From assembly GCF_000485595.1 (NCBI RefSeq), contig NW_014577083.1:517236-543440 (forward strand): a stretch of DNA of 26,205 bases. The letters are read 5' to 3'. Under the pieces are notes generated by a model. The model did no database searches. It had not been told where the DNA came from and was given only the letters and a program-made list of their open reading frames with translations. Positions 23,978 through 26,205 of the stretch are shown here, piece by piece (position 1 is the first letter of the stretch; every line of letters starts with the position of its first letter). The stretch is from Priapulus caudatus (lineage: Eukaryota). The translations under genes and the position numbers were made by a program.

Positions 23978-24037
23978 GGATGATGGATGGATTGATAGAC
24001 GCATGAACGGACGGACGGAGAGATAGATAGATCGATA
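23978..24037 (+). repeat. Short (GGAT)/(GGAC)/(AGAT) compound microsatellite
   Basis: ggatgatggatggattgatagacgcatgaacggacggacggagagatagatagatcgata. Confidence 0.8.
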
Positions 24038-24315
24038 AAAACAGATCAAACAGGTTTTAATTGCATAATGTAAAAAAAACTGTTATATAGTATTGGTATT
24101 TAGATTTGTAATGCACAGACAACGTAGCTTGGCAATTATGTAAATAATTCACTTAATGTTAATATAAATATATACTGACTGCATACCGAAGTTAGCAAAC
24201 ACGGGTTATTGTTAATATTATTCAAGTCAAAATGCATTTGAAATATTATTAACAGAGCGTTTCATGAATAAAATTCTGTTGAGCCAGATTTATACTGGTA
24301 TATTTAGAATTAGTT

Positions 24316-24319
<4 letters not shown>

Positions 24320-24401
<82 letters not shown>

Positions 24402-24549
24402 GCGCGGCGCGCGCACGGCAACCACGCCACGCACGCACTACACCACACGCAGTCACACATCGCTTTCACAACACACACGCACGCACGCACACGCGCTTGC
24501 GTGTGTGCGTGCGCGTGCGCGTGCACGTGCGTGTGCGTGTGTGTTGTGT
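24320..24549. repeat. Perfect (AC)40 followed by a degenerate CA/CG tract that switches to TG at ~24497
   Basis: 24320-24399 is uninterrupted AC. It is followed by the quasi-palindromic cacgcacgcacacgcgc-tt-gcgtgtgtgcgtgcg. Confidence 0.93.
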
Positions 24550-25824
24550 AAATATTGTTTGTGCTTTGTTTATACAGCCGCATACACCGTAATACGTTAG
24601 ATTCTATGTCTGTTTCATTATAGTTTACAACTACTATACATATTCGATATCATCCTATGTTGCCTGAGCGTTAAAATATATATCTAAATTTAAGACATAC
24701 ATCGCACTCTATGCTCGTGAGAATTTATGGCGTTATTAAGTCGATCTCGTCCATTTTTTCAATACAAATATGAAAGCAGGACAGCAACATATAGCTGCAT
24801 GCAATTGCCATCTTCTCTAGTGGATTAATATATTATGCATTGGATGGCAGTAAAAAAATAGAGTTATTGACGGGCTGTCCTCCGAGACCAGGGTTGCTGC
24901 TGTGCGAATGGTATGTCCATTCCCTTCTGGTACGGTGAAGAGGTGAAGCCAATCTCGATAGTCTGCTATGAACGCACTGCGATGGCTGAGTAGTACTGCT
25001 ACATGTCGATTCCGTGCGTATATAATTAGAGGCAAGGCCTGCGCGAGAAGGAACGACCTAAAATTGGAAACCTCGTTAAAAAGAACAGTCGTTGAGTTTT
25101 GCTGCCTGAATTTCGCGTACCGTTTTGTCAGTGCATTTCGTCTACTTTTGCGCACGATGGTACGAGCCATTGTTCCGACGAGGCTGGGGCGTTTCAAACT
25201 AGGATTTTCCTCAAGGCTGCCGCCCACATGCAACACGGCTTTTGTCTATGGCCTGCTCATATGCTAGTAGCGACTAACCGCGCGACGAATGTGACGAAAT
25301 TTACTGGAATTTATTCCCGCGCACAAATGAAAAAGCCGGCCATTTGCGGGGATGCGTCTGCGTTCTCGGCGCTCTTTGTGGCGGGCTGCCTGCTGCAGAT
25401 TCGTCGTGCACATTATGCCTGCTGTGATCGAGAAAGCATCATTGTAAGCTCCGTACGTGGCTAAAGTGTGATAGGCGCTCCTTTCACCGCGGGGACGCCT
25501 CGCACAGCCCCTCGGCGTTACCGCCGCGACGAACGAATAACAATGGCGACGGTAAAATCGATAAATCTGTGGACAATAAGCCTGTTGTAAGGTAAGGCAT
25601 AACTCAAGCTGACGAGCTGCGAGAGGGATCGTGGGTATACACATCGCATTCGATTTTTCGTCAGGGATGTGAAATTCGCGCGGCGTTCATTTACGCGGGA
25701 AGCGCGCGGGCGGTTTGACCACGCCTGGTGGATGAAACCCGCGCTGCATCCTCCCTAGTGCATGCGGTATGGTGCCTGATCTGCTGGCATCCATTTCACA
25801 TGCTGCTGGCTAATCAGTGTTTCC

Positions 25825-26205
25825 TGTCTCTCTCGTCGCTCTCATCGCTCTCTCTCTATCTGTTGGTGATGTGTGGTGGTGTATGTGTGCTGGTGTTGTT
25901 GTGTGTGTGGGTTGCGTGTGTGTGTGCTGTGCGTTGGGCGCTGTGCGCGTTTGTGCCGCGGTGCGACGTGTGTTGTGCGTGTTGTGCGGTGCGTGCGTGT
26001 TGCGTCGCGTGCGCCGTGCGTGTGTGGCCGTGTGTGCGTGCGTGTGTGCGTGGATGATGTGTGTGGGGTTTCGGTGTGCATGTGTGTGTGTGTGTGTTAT
26101 GCGCGCCTGTTGTGTGTGTGGTGTGTGGTGTGTGTGTGTGTTGTTGTGTGTTGTGTGCTGTTCGTGTGTGTGTGCTGTGTGTGTGTGTGCGTCGTGTGTG
26201 TCGCG
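25825..26205 (+). repeat. Short degenerate (CT)n then degenerate (TG)n running off the window end
   Basis: Directly visible. Confidence 0.92.

Noticed and set aside
24817..25236. 139-aa minus ORF with LTKRYAKFR...TVLFNEVSNF faintly like Tc1 transposase (VLFSDES)
   Set aside because: The catalytic Asp is missing, the spacing is wrong, there are no later DDE motifs or TIRs, and the region may be noisy fold-back sequence.

Overview
Microsatellite-dense, apparently non-coding animal (probably invertebrate) genomic DNA from a draft assembly with four N-gaps: three of exactly 25 N and one of 10 N. I cannot support any protein-coding gene, rRNA, intact tRNA or CRISPR array. The long ORFs are translations of (CA)n, (TACA)n, hexamer and trinucleotide repeats. 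The main hidden structure is redundancy. (i) 1-~1540 is an insertion-rich reverse-complement copy of 8073-9558. (ii) The block 2567-8062 appears to be a much noisier reverse-complement copy of ~8700-12700, with a ~1.65 kb microsatellite block added. (iii) ~21140-22500 is a noisy direct copy of ~19560-21027 across a 25-N gap. (iv) ~24500-26205 may be a fold-back of ~22900-24490. The error pattern suggests raw long-read gap-filling artefacts rather than biology, so roughly 40% of the window may be redundant. In the cleaner part, the most interesting biological feature is an 11-bp-period (77-bp higher-order) array ending in GCTGGG, a CMC/EnSpm-like transposon end. It is split into two halves 6.9 kb apart with an exact 28-bp duplication at the junctions. 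Also present are a perfect 23-bp hairpin and a tRNA T-arm/B-box remnant. No new biological system is supported. All alignments were done by eye and need a dot plot.
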